From Elusimicrobiota bacterium (GTDB taxonomy: Bacteria > CG03 > SLGR01 > JBDRKX01): 39,769 nucleotides of DNA. The notes below the pieces were generated by a model. The model had not been told where the DNA came from. It was given only the letters and a program-made list of their open reading frames with translations, and ran no database searches. Made by a program: the position numbers and the translations under genes. The stretch covers positions 1 to 39,769 of the forward strand of contig JBDRKX010000112.1 in assembly GCA_043813605.1 (NCBI GenBank), read 5' to 3'. How positions within the stretch are numbered: the stretch's first letter is position 1; every line of letters begins with the position of its first letter. This document shows positions 30,137-37,928 of the stretch, piece after piece.

Positions 30137-31177
30137 ATGAATAATGAAAAAAGATCATTTATCATCATAATGGCGGCAGTAGCTGCTGTAATACTGGCCG
30201 GCAGTGATCTACCGGCATTTAAATTCATGCTGTTCAGAGATACAAATACAGAAATTAACGAGGCGTCAGAATCTTTAAGTGAAGAAGGTCTTTTTCACCC
30301 GTTTCTCTTTAAATACGGGAAAAATATATTCAGACCGGAGGAAAATATCATACGTACTGACCTTGTGCTTGTACTGAAAGAGATCCAGAGCGTAACGACA
30401 AATCTTAATACAAACAATAAAGACGTGTTATCAAAACTGGAGTCTTTTAAGAACTTTATCGCTTCAGACAAGTACCGATATACTCTTTTCAACGAATTCT
30501 ACATGATGACAGAATCAAGACTTAATATTTCTTCTCCTATGAAAAGGATAATAACAAAACATACCGAGGACCTCAAGAACAACATAGATTTCCTGAAAGA
30601 CGAAGTAGATAAAGCAAAACGGGCGATCTCTCAGCTGGCAACAGAAGTCGATGATATAACACCGGGGACAGTTGTTATTAAAAGACAAGGATCAACCGGA
30701 AGCGGTCCGGCTCCTGTCGTGGGCTCTTCAGGAGAACGTTCGCCGGAAATAGGAGAGCTGAACGAAATCAAGAACAGCATATACAAATTGGATAAGAAAT
30801 TCACGTATATGACATCAGATATCAAGTCCCTGGAACAACGGGTGAACCAGCTGAATTCGGAGATAAGCGGAGGGGTGAGAGCCACCAGGAGCGGAGTTGA
30901 CAGTCTTACCGATATAAGGTTAGAAACTCTGATAGGTGAAATTGAGAGTATAAAAGGCTATCTCAACATAAAAAATTCCGGTGACTATATTGAAAAAAAT
31001 AAGGCGCCGGCTGATGAGATCAGGGAAATGCAGGAAAAGATCAAGAAACTTGATAAGGCTCTGTTCTCTTTTCGGAAAGAACTGAAAAAAATAACAAAAG
31101 AGGAAATGGATAACCCGGAAGATAAACGGGAAGAGAAGCTTGATTATGACAAAAAAGAAAATACTGATAGTCGATGA
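30137..31177 (+). CDS. Exported SLH-like domain + coiled-coil protein (short paralogue)
   Basis: Probable start ATG 30137; hydrophobic signal FIIIMAAVAAVILAG; FRD...ASESLSEEGLF...IFRPEENIIRTDL; aligns with the divergent gene; candidate promoter TTTACA(30059)-17-TATATT(30082). Confidence 0.7.
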   Translation: MNNEKRSFIIIMAAVAAVILAGSDLPAFKFMLFRDTNTEINEASESLSEEGLFHPFLFKYGKNIFRPEENIIRTDLVLVLKEIQSVTTNLNTNNKDVLSKLESFKNFIASDKYRYTLFNEFYMMTESRLNISSPMKRIITKHTEDLKNNIDFLKDEVDKAKRAISQLATEVDDITPGTVVIKRQGSTGSGPAPVVGSSGERSPEIGELNEIKNSIYKLDKKFTYMTSDIKSLEQRVNQLNSEISGGVRATRSGVDSLTDIRLETLIGEIESIKGYLNIKNSGDYIEKNKAPADEIREMQEKIKKLDKALFSFRKELKKITKEEMDNPEDKREEKLDYDKKENTDSR

Positions 31178-32387
31178 CAATATAAGTTCAAATATAACAC
31201 TGTCCAACATAATACGGGAATGGGGTATTTATATAGTTGATATAGCTAATAACGGGCAGCAGGCTCTTGATAAGGTATTTTCAGATTCGCCGCCTGATCT
31301 GATCCTGCTCGACATAATGATGCCTAAGATACACGGTTATAATGTATGCCAGCAGATAAGAGCGGAACAAAGATTCAAAAATGTAAAAATTCTTATGACA
31401 TCTGCAAAAACATATAAATCAGATATAGACCAGGCGCTTGCGCTTGGAGCAGATGGATATATGCTGAAACCTTATGATTTTGATGTCCTGAAAGAGAAGA
31501 TAGATGCTATGCTCTGGGAAGACGCCGAGAGTATGAAGATCAAGATATGGGGTGCCAGGGGATCCATACCGACTCCCGGGAATAAATATGACAGATACGG
31601 AGGCAATACGTCATGTGTCGAGCTGCGTATCGGAAAAAAACTGTTGATCTTTGATGCAGGTACGGGAATCAGGGAACTGGGTATCGCATTGAATGAAGAA
31701 TATGGTGATCGCCCTATAGAAGGCCGGGTTTTCATAACGCATGCGCACTGGGATCATATACAGGGTTTTCCTTTTTTTACGCCTGTATATATAGCGGCCA
31801 ATAAATTCGAAGTATACGGTCCTATGGGCGCGGACAGAAACATTGAAAAGATCATATGCGGTCAGCATGATCTGAATTATTTTCCGGTATCGATCGCTGA
31901 TCTTCTGGCGAAGATCAATTTTATAGATCTTACAGGAGAGGATGTCAGGATCGATGATATTAATATTTCTTATATGTACTTAAATCACCCGGGTATGACC
32001 ATCGGGTATAAGATAGAATGCAGCGAAAAAACAATAATCTATGCGACGGACAATGAACTTGATCCGGATGTGGGCTCAAGTGAAAAGAAAGATTATTTAA
32101 TGATTCTGTCCGAATTCGTAAAAGATGCTGACATACTGATCACAGATGCGCAGTATAGCGATGAAGAATACAAGTTGAAAAAAGGATGGGGACACAGCCC
32201 GATCAATACTGTGCTTGATTTTGCCATGAATGCCGGCGTGAAGAAGCTTGTGTTCTTTCATCACGATCCGATGCATACGGATGAACAATTGGACGAACTT
32301 GTTGACGGCGCTGCAAAAAAAGCAGTGGATTCCGGCAGCGGTATTGACTGTCTTGCGGCCAGAGAGAAAGAGACAATAAAAATATAA
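31146..32387 (+). CDS. Receiver domain fused to metallo-beta-lactamase-fold hydrolase (RNase Z/phosphodiesterase-like)
   Basis: ILIVDDN...LILLDIMMP...KPY receiver; WGARGSIPTPG, YGGNTSCVE, FDAGTG, THAHWDHIQG, HPG, TDNE, GWGHS, FHHDP; ATG 31146 is preferred to TTG 31140. Confidence 0.9.
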   Translation: MTKKKILIVDDNISSNITLSNIIREWGIYIVDIANNGQQALDKVFSDSPPDLILLDIMMPKIHGYNVCQQIRAEQRFKNVKILMTSAKTYKSDIDQALALGADGYMLKPYDFDVLKEKIDAMLWEDAESMKIKIWGARGSIPTPGNKYDRYGGNTSCVELRIGKKLLIFDAGTGIRELGIALNEEYGDRPIEGRVFITHAHWDHIQGFPFFTPVYIAANKFEVYGPMGADRNIEKIICGQHDLNYFPVSIADLLAKINFIDLTGEDVRIDDINISYMYLNHPGMTIGYKIECSEKTIIYATDNELDPDVGSSEKKDYLMILSEFVKDADILITDAQYSDEEYKLKKGWGHSPINTVLDFAMNAGVKKLVFFHHDPMHTDEQLDELVDGAAKKAVDSGSGIDCLAAREKETIKI

Positions 32388-32533
32388 GACCTGCCTGCAT
32401 TTAAAGCTGTATGTATTGCTTTTTAGGACTAAAAGAAAAAGATCTATAAAAAGCGGAAATATGGGAAAATAAGGCATGATAGTAAAATGGTGTACTGATA
32501 CCGTCGGAATTTGAATAGAACAGAGAGGGAAAT

Positions 32534-32851
32534 ATGAATGAATTCAAACTCATTACATGTATTGTTGAGCGTGGTAGAGCGGATAAGGTTGTTGATGCTG
32601 CATTGAAATCAGGAGCGCAGGGCGCCACTGTTTTTTATGCGAGAGGTACAGGTGTCAGGCAGAAATTAGGGATACTCGGGAAGTTGATACAGGCCGAAAA
32701 AGAGGTTATTATGGTTGCGGTCGAAGAATCAAATACCGAGAAGGTGTTCAAAGCATTAGCAGATTCCGCCGAGTTGAAAAAACCCGGCAAAGGATTTGCC
32801 TTTATACATTCAATAGAAAAAGCGGTGGGTTTTATAGATCATCAGGAATGA
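32534..32851 (+). CDS. PII-family (GlnB-like) signalling protein, non-canonical
   Basis: KLITCIVERG...GAQGATVFYARGTG...EKEVI...PGKGFAF; SD GAGGG; no T-loop tyrosine. Confidence 0.85.
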   Translation: MNEFKLITCIVERGRADKVVDAALKSGAQGATVFYARGTGVRQKLGILGKLIQAEKEVIMVAVEESNTEKVFKALADSAELKKPGKGFAFIHSIEKAVGFIDHQE

Positions 32852-33585
32852 AGCTGGCTCGCCTCATCTCTACTCTTGTAATGGCGGTTGTCCTGGCATA
32901 CGCATTCAGTAGTATAAGGAAGACCTCACTTTCCGGAGAAACTGTATTCCAATATATTAAAACAGCTGAAAAACTCAAGGCTGCGGGAGGGATGCTTCCT
33001 GCCGGTCTTACGGATAAAGAAAAAAAAGTATTAGAAAGCTGGATATCCAAAGATGCAGTAAAACCTGATCCAGCAAAAAAGGTAATTCCCGTTCATGCAG
33101 GGTTGTTTAGTCCTGTGAGAAGTATTATGTCCATTATAGAAAAAGATAAAAAGCCGCCTGAATCAGAGGCTATAGCTTACAGTGTATACATCTTTTTTCT
33201 CAGATTTTCCGTATTTAATCTTCAGTACGCGAAATATTATATAATTGCCGGAGCTTCTGTTGTCATACTTAATATAATTTTCGGCTGTGCCGGGTTTTTT
33301 TCATACGCTTCTTTTATCGGAAGACTGGCATTCCTTATAAGCAGGCTGGCGATAACGATAGTATCTCTTTTAATTGTACTTTCGTGGATCATGGTGAAAC
33401 CGGCATTTGCAACCGGTGGAGTACCGGTTCTTTTATATGGTCCGGCAGCCATCCTGTTTTTCTCATGCGTTGCGCTGAAGTTCCATGACCCTAATTCCCC
33501 TGTATGGAACAGGGTGGTTAAGAGCATGATCATGCCGCTCCTGGCTTGTTGTCTTTCGATCAGCAGTGAGATATTCATGCAGTGA
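32848..33585 (+). CDS. Hypothetical integral membrane protein
   Basis: N-terminal hydrophobic segment, ~85-aa soluble region, then about 4-5 TM helices; ATGA overlap with the PII-like gene. Confidence 0.7.
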   Translation: MKLARLISTLVMAVVLAYAFSSIRKTSLSGETVFQYIKTAEKLKAAGGMLPAGLTDKEKKVLESWISKDAVKPDPAKKVIPVHAGLFSPVRSIMSIIEKDKKPPESEAIAYSVYIFFLRFSVFNLQYAKYYIIAGASVVILNIIFGCAGFFSYASFIGRLAFLISRLAITIVSLLIVLSWIMVKPAFATGGVPVLLYGPAAILFFSCVALKFHDPNSPVWNRVVKSMIMPLLACCLSISSEIFMQ

Positions 33586-33611
33586 AATAAAAGGATGACA
33601 GTATTCATTTT

Positions 33612-34478
33612 ATGATGAGTATGATGACCGGTAAAATCTGGCTTGTGCTGAGATACCCTGTTTTATTAATGATCCTGTTTTATTCTCTGGTACTGGTGTT
33701 TTTTTATGTATACCAGGCCCGCCTCCTGTTTTTTCCTGATAGCGAGATGCATGCTGACCCTTCTTTTATAGGACTTGATTACGAAAAAGTTGAGATATCG
33801 GCTGATGACGGGATCAATATATACGGCTGGTATATACCGTGCAGGGCGAGGAGGGGTGTGCTCATGTTCTGTCACGGAAATGCCGGTAACATATCGGACA
33901 GACTGGAATCCTGCAGGATCTTCCATGATATAGGTATGGAACAGTTTATTTTTGATTATCGCGGATACGGCAGGAGTCAGGGGTCTCCTTCGGAAAAAGG
34001 TATGTATCTCGATGCTGAAACGGTATGGAAGTATCTGACAATCGAAAGGGGAATACCTGCTGAAGATATTATCGTATTCGGCCGCTCCCTAGGGGCTGCT
34101 GTTGCGGTAAGAGTTGCCGCCGCCGAAAGACCCGGAGCATTGATACTTGAGTCCTGTTTTAAGTCGATTCCTGATATTGCATCGGGAATGTATCCTTATA
34201 TCCCTGTTAAATTAATAGCGCGGTATAGATATAGGATTACTGATCATATCAAGCATGTAAAAAGTCCTGTACTGGTAATACACAGCCGGGATGACGAAAT
34301 AGCTCCTTATAGTCAGGGAATCGATGTTTTCGAATCAGTTGATGCGCCTAAACAGTTCCTCGAAATAAGAGGAGGTCATAATGACGGATTCATTGTCTCA
34401 AAAGATATTTATATGAATGGCATAAGTCATTTTCTCTCAAATAAAACCGGTTTAAATGAACCGGACAAAAACGAATAA
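33612..34478 (+). CDS. Membrane-anchored alpha/beta hydrolase (ABHD13/YfhR-like)
   Basis: N-terminal TM; FCHGNAGNI; DYRGYGRS; nucleophile FGRSLG; IHSRDDEI; GGHN; exact start Met uncertain. Confidence 0.9.
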   Translation: MMSMMTGKIWLVLRYPVLLMILFYSLVLVFFYVYQARLLFFPDSEMHADPSFIGLDYEKVEISADDGINIYGWYIPCRARRGVLMFCHGNAGNISDRLESCRIFHDIGMEQFIFDYRGYGRSQGSPSEKGMYLDAETVWKYLTIERGIPAEDIIVFGRSLGAAVAVRVAAAERPGALILESCFKSIPDIASGMYPYIPVKLIARYRYRITDHIKHVKSPVLVIHSRDDEIAPYSQGIDVFESVDAPKQFLEIRGGHNDGFIVSKDIYMNGISHFLSNKTGLNEPDKNE

Positions 34479-34516
34479 ACTGACATCACTCCGCATTGCA
34501 TACCTATTGAAAAGAG

Positions 34517-34561
34517 TTGACAAAACTAATTTAATATGATATATGTTAGTATAGACTAACA
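34517..34561 (+). promoter_or_regulatory. Promoter and DtxR/MntR-type operator of dtxR-feoAB
   Basis: TTGACA 34517-34522; perfect 7-4-7 inverted repeat TGTTAGT-ATAG-ACTAACA at 34544-34561 over the -10/+1 region. Confidence 0.8.
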
Positions 34562-34581
34562 ATGTAAGTGGAGTATAACAA

Positions 34582-35064
34582 ATGACAAAAAAAGGCAGAA
34601 AATTAAGTCCCAGCACCGAAGACTACCTGAAGACAGTTTATCTGCTCGATAGAGACAATCCTCCCGTAAGGGTAAGGGATATCAGCAGCGGACTCGGTGT
34701 AAGCAAACCAAGTGTTAATCAGGCTTTGCATGTGCTCAGGGACAGCGGCCTGATAAATCATGAGAATTACGGATATGTAGAATTGACGGCTGCCGGCAGG
34801 ATAACCGCCGGAGAGATTTATTCAAGGCATATAAAGCTATGTGAGTTCTTTTGCCGGATTCTTGATGTCCCGAATGAAATAGCGGAACGGGATGCCTGCA
34901 GTATTGAACACAACATAAGTCCGGAGACGATGAACAGACTGGTGAAGCTTACGGAATATGTATCTAAGGGATCAGGGAAGGAAGAGTCCCTGTGGCAGCA
35001 GAATTTCAGGCATTTTGTCAAAACGGGGAACCGTTCCTTGAAAAAGGAAAAAAAAGGCAGATGA
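34582..35064 (+). CDS. DtxR/MntR family metal-dependent transcriptional repressor
   Basis: STEDYLKTVY; VRVRDIS..LGVSKPSV HTH; RH; ERDACSIEH metal sites; no C-terminal SH3 domain. Confidence 0.94.
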   Translation: MTKKGRKLSPSTEDYLKTVYLLDRDNPPVRVRDISSGLGVSKPSVNQALHVLRDSGLINHENYGYVELTAAGRITAGEIYSRHIKLCEFFCRILDVPNEIAERDACSIEHNISPETMNRLVKLTEYVSKGSGKEESLWQQNFRHFVKTGNRSLKKEKKGR

Positions 35065-35071
35065 TTTTATT

Positions 35072-35320
35072 ATGAAAGACAGTATGAACAACAGAATAAC
35101 AGTTGCCGATATGAATGTCGGATCAACCGGGAATGTCGTTGAAGTGGTAGGCGGATCCGGTATAGCTGAAAAACTTGAGACAATGGGTGTCAGGGTGGGA
35201 TCAAGGATAAAAAAGATAAGCCAGCATTTCAACCGGGGCCCGGTTATAATAAGCTGCGGGAATACGCAGATAGCATTCGGTTACGGTATGGCGAAGAAGA
35301 TAATCGTAGAAATAAAATAA
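35072..35320 (+). CDS. feoA: Ferrous iron transport protein A
   Basis: KLETMGVRVGSRI...GPVII...IAFGYGMAKKIIV; directly upstream of feoB. Confidence 0.93.
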   Translation: MKDSMNNRITVADMNVGSTGNVVEVVGGSGIAEKLETMGVRVGSRIKKISQHFNRGPVIISCGNTQIAFGYGMAKKIIVEIK

Positions 35321-35322
35321 AG

Positions 35323-37065
35323 ATGGATGTACATAAAATAAAAAAGATCCTGCTGATGGGCAATCCCAATGTAGGTAAAAGCGTCATCTTTTCCAGATTG
35401 ACCGGAGTAAAGGTAATAGCCTCCAATTATCCAGGGACAACAGTCGAGTTTACAGAAGGGATAATGCACATAGACCATAAGGATGTCAAGGTAATCGATG
35501 TTCCCGGAGTCTATAGTCTCCTGCCTGTTTCCAAAGCCGAAGAAGTTGCTGTCAAGATGCTTCACGAATCATTTAAAGATGACAGCGGCGGTACGGTTGT
35601 CGTAAATGTCATTGATGCTACGAATCTGGAAAGAAATCTTAACATAACTCTCCAGCTCCTGAAAAAGAATGTCCCGTTAGTGATCGCGTTGAATTTCTGG
35701 GATGAGACAAGGCATACGGGTATAGAGATCAACCTGGAAAAACTCCGGGAGATAACCGGTGTCTCGTGCGTGCCGACCTGTGCCATAACAGGAGAAGGGA
35801 TATATCAACTTGTCGAAGAAGTGAAATCCGCGCGGGCAGGTGCGCTGAGTTACGAGGAAGGTGAAAAATGGAATATAATAGGGAACATAATCCAGGCAGC
35901 GCAGACAATACATCACCGTCACCATACGGTATTTGACAGGCTCGGGGAACTTACCGTAAAACCTCTTACAGGTATCCCGATCGCCGTTCTTACCGCCCTG
36001 ATATCTTTTTCGGCAGTAAGGATCATAGGTGAAGGCCTGGTCAGGAATATTTTTGATCCTTTTTTTGAAAAGGCATGGGCACCTGTTATGAGAAGCATAT
36101 CCGGTATGCTGGGAGGAGAAGGGATAATACATGATATAATCATCGGCAAACTGATCGGCGGAACGATAGATTTCGGACAGTCGTTCGGCATGCTCACGAC
36201 AGGTCTTTATGTACCGTTAGCTGCAGTATTGCCATATATATTCGCTTTTTACCTGGTGCTCTCACTGCTTGAGGACTCTGGCTATCTGCCAAGACTGGCT
36301 GTCCTTGCAGATAATGCAATGCACAGGATAGGGCTTCACGGATACGGCATAATACCTATGATACTGGGATTCGGATGCAATGTGCCGGGGGCCCTTGCAA
36401 CAAGGATAATGGAAACAAAAAGAGAAAGGTTCCTTGCGGCAACGATCATGGCCATATCCGTACCCTGTATGGCCCAGATCGCCATGATAGCGGGATTGAT
36501 CGGTGACAGAGGGATAAGCGGTTTCGCGCCCGTATTCATATCCCTTGCTGCCGTCTGGTTATTGCTCGGAATAATATTGAACAAGATACTCAAAGGACAT
36601 GCTCCGGAATTATTCATCGAGATCCCTCCATACCGTATGCCATACTGGAAAGGTGTCATAAAAAAAGTATGGATGAGAGTGCTGTGGTTTTTGAAAGAGG
36701 CCCTGCCGTGGGTGCTTACGGGTGTATTTATAGTAAATATACTGTATCTTTCGGGTATAGTGGATTTTATTTCGGTTATTGTCCGGCCGGTTGTTTCGGG
36801 TATAATGGGGCTCCCGGCGGGGGCTGTCGGAGCGCTCTTGATAGGTTTTTTAAGAAAAGATGTCGCAGTAGGTATGCTCGCCCCGCTCGGACTGTCTCTT
36901 AAACAGTTGATCATAGCTTCTGTGGTGCTGACAATGTATTTTCCCTGTGTTGCGACATTTACGGTCATGATAAAGGAATTCGGAATACTGGATATGCTGA
37001 AAGCGTCACTTATCATGCTCATCTCGACACTCGTTGTATCAGGTATACTTAACATCATATTGTAG
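35323..37065 (+). CDS. feoB: Ferrous iron transport protein B (short form)
   Basis: GNPNVGKS; NYPGTTV; DVPGVYS; LEDSGYLPR; LGFGCNVP; YFPCVAT. Confidence 0.96.
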   Translation: MDVHKIKKILLMGNPNVGKSVIFSRLTGVKVIASNYPGTTVEFTEGIMHIDHKDVKVIDVPGVYSLLPVSKAEEVAVKMLHESFKDDSGGTVVVNVIDATNLERNLNITLQLLKKNVPLVIALNFWDETRHTGIEINLEKLREITGVSCVPTCAITGEGIYQLVEEVKSARAGALSYEEGEKWNIIGNIIQAAQTIHHRHHTVFDRLGELTVKPLTGIPIAVLTALISFSAVRIIGEGLVRNIFDPFFEKAWAPVMRSISGMLGGEGIIHDIIIGKLIGGTIDFGQSFGMLTTGLYVPLAAVLPYIFAFYLVLSLLEDSGYLPRLAVLADNAMHRIGLHGYGIIPMILGFGCNVPGALATRIMETKRERFLAATIMAISVPCMAQIAMIAGLIGDRGISGFAPVFISLAAVWLLLGIILNKILKGHAPELFIEIPPYRMPYWKGVIKKVWMRVLWFLKEALPWVLTGVFIVNILYLSGIVDFISVIVRPVVSGIMGLPAGAVGALLIGFLRKDVAVGMLAPLGLSLKQLIIASVVLTMYFPCVATFTVMIKEFGILDMLKASLIMLISTLVVSGILNIIL

Positions 37066-37149
37066 CTGTAGAGCATACGGCAGGACTTCAATGTATCCAT
37101 GTCGTTATTCACTACTCTTCATGCAATCAGGTCTTGAATAATACCAGCC

Positions 37150-37185
37150 GGGGACTTGAAAAAAATGGGTAAAAAGATATATAAT
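37150..37185 (+). promoter_or_regulatory. sigma70-type promoter of second dksA-like gene (probably leaderless transcript)
   Basis: TTGAAA 37156-37161, 18 bp, TATAAT 37180-37185; ATG at 37192; GGGGACTTGAAAAAAATG is identical to 22964-22981. Confidence 0.7.
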
Positions 37186-37191
37186 TAATAT

Positions 37192-37521
37192 ATGAAACAA
37201 AAAGAAGTTGAAAAAATCAGAGAGGATCTTGAAGAAGAGCAAAAAGAACTCCTTGAAGAAGTAGAAAAAATCAAGGAAAGAGAAGATCAGTATATCGATA
37301 CGGTAGGCGACGAAATCGACAAGGCTACGGAAGATACTCAGCGGGAAAGGCTGTTCTATATGAGCGAGCATGACAGGCAGAAACTTGATATGATAGAAGA
37401 TGCTCTTCAGAAAATATCGCATGGAAGATACGGCATATGTGAGATTTGCGGCAAAAAGATAAACGATGAGCGGCTTAAGGCTATACCTTATGTCCGTGAT
37501 TGTGTTGATTGCCACAAATAG
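37192..37521 (+). CDS. TraR/DksA family transcription factor, copy 2
   Basis: DEIDKA tip (DxxDxA); YGICEICG...ERLKAIPYVRDCVDC zinc finger. Confidence 0.93.
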   Translation: MKQKEVEKIREDLEEEQKELLEEVEKIKEREDQYIDTVGDEIDKATEDTQRERLFYMSEHDRQKLDMIEDALQKISHGRYGICEICGKKINDERLKAIPYVRDCVDCHK

Positions 37522-37546
37522 AAACTGTAATTTCTGCCGCTCTCCA

Positions 37547-37566
37547 TTGGGAATAATTATTCCCAA
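37547..37566. repeat. Perfect 20-bp palindrome between convergent genes
   Basis: TTGGGAATAATTATTCCCAA is its own reverse complement; no flanking U-tract. Confidence 0.85.
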
Positions 37567-37596
37567 GACATATTCGGGAAACCGTTGAAATAAAGG

Positions 37597-37926
37597 CTAA
37601 TCCGATCTTGTAGCACTGCTAACCGGTACGGTAAACATGATACCTGTACCGGTTTCGGTGAAATCTATACCAGTTCCCTCAAGGAGTTTTTGAAGTTCCG
37701 GGATCTCCCCGTTCCCGTCAATCAGGGCAAAGACGGTCTTATTGTATCCCTTAGTATCACCTACCAGTTTTCTTAAACCAGCAAAGATAGGGACTTCATA
37801 TGCAAGATGCTGGCCCAATCCTTCACTGTCAAGTATGGTAGCTCTGCTGATACCTGATTCCAAAAGGACTGATAACAAGTCATTAAGTAGTTCGACTTTG
37901 TTAAGGATTATGACTAATAGTTCCAT
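37597..37926 (-). CDS. PII-like protein associated with cation antiporter
   Basis: LLVIILNK...GISRATILDSEGLG...PIFAGLR...GTGIMFTVPV; 109 aa. Confidence 0.75.
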   Translation of the reverse strand: MELLVIILNKVELLNDLLSVLLESGISRATILDSEGLGQHLAYEVPIFAGLRKLVGDTKGYNKTVFALIDGNGEIPELQKLLEGTGIDFTETGTGIMFTVPVSSATRSD

Positions 37927-37928
37927 GG

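Noticed and set aside
36336..37112. 258-aa minus-strand ORF
   Set aside because: Antisense shadow of the feoB transmembrane region; no recognisable motifs.
22964..37167. 18-bp direct repeat as attL/attR of an integrated element
   Set aside because: No integrase, tRNA or phage/plasmid genes lie in the interval; the repeat coincides with -35 boxes of paralogous genes, so promoter duplication is simpler.
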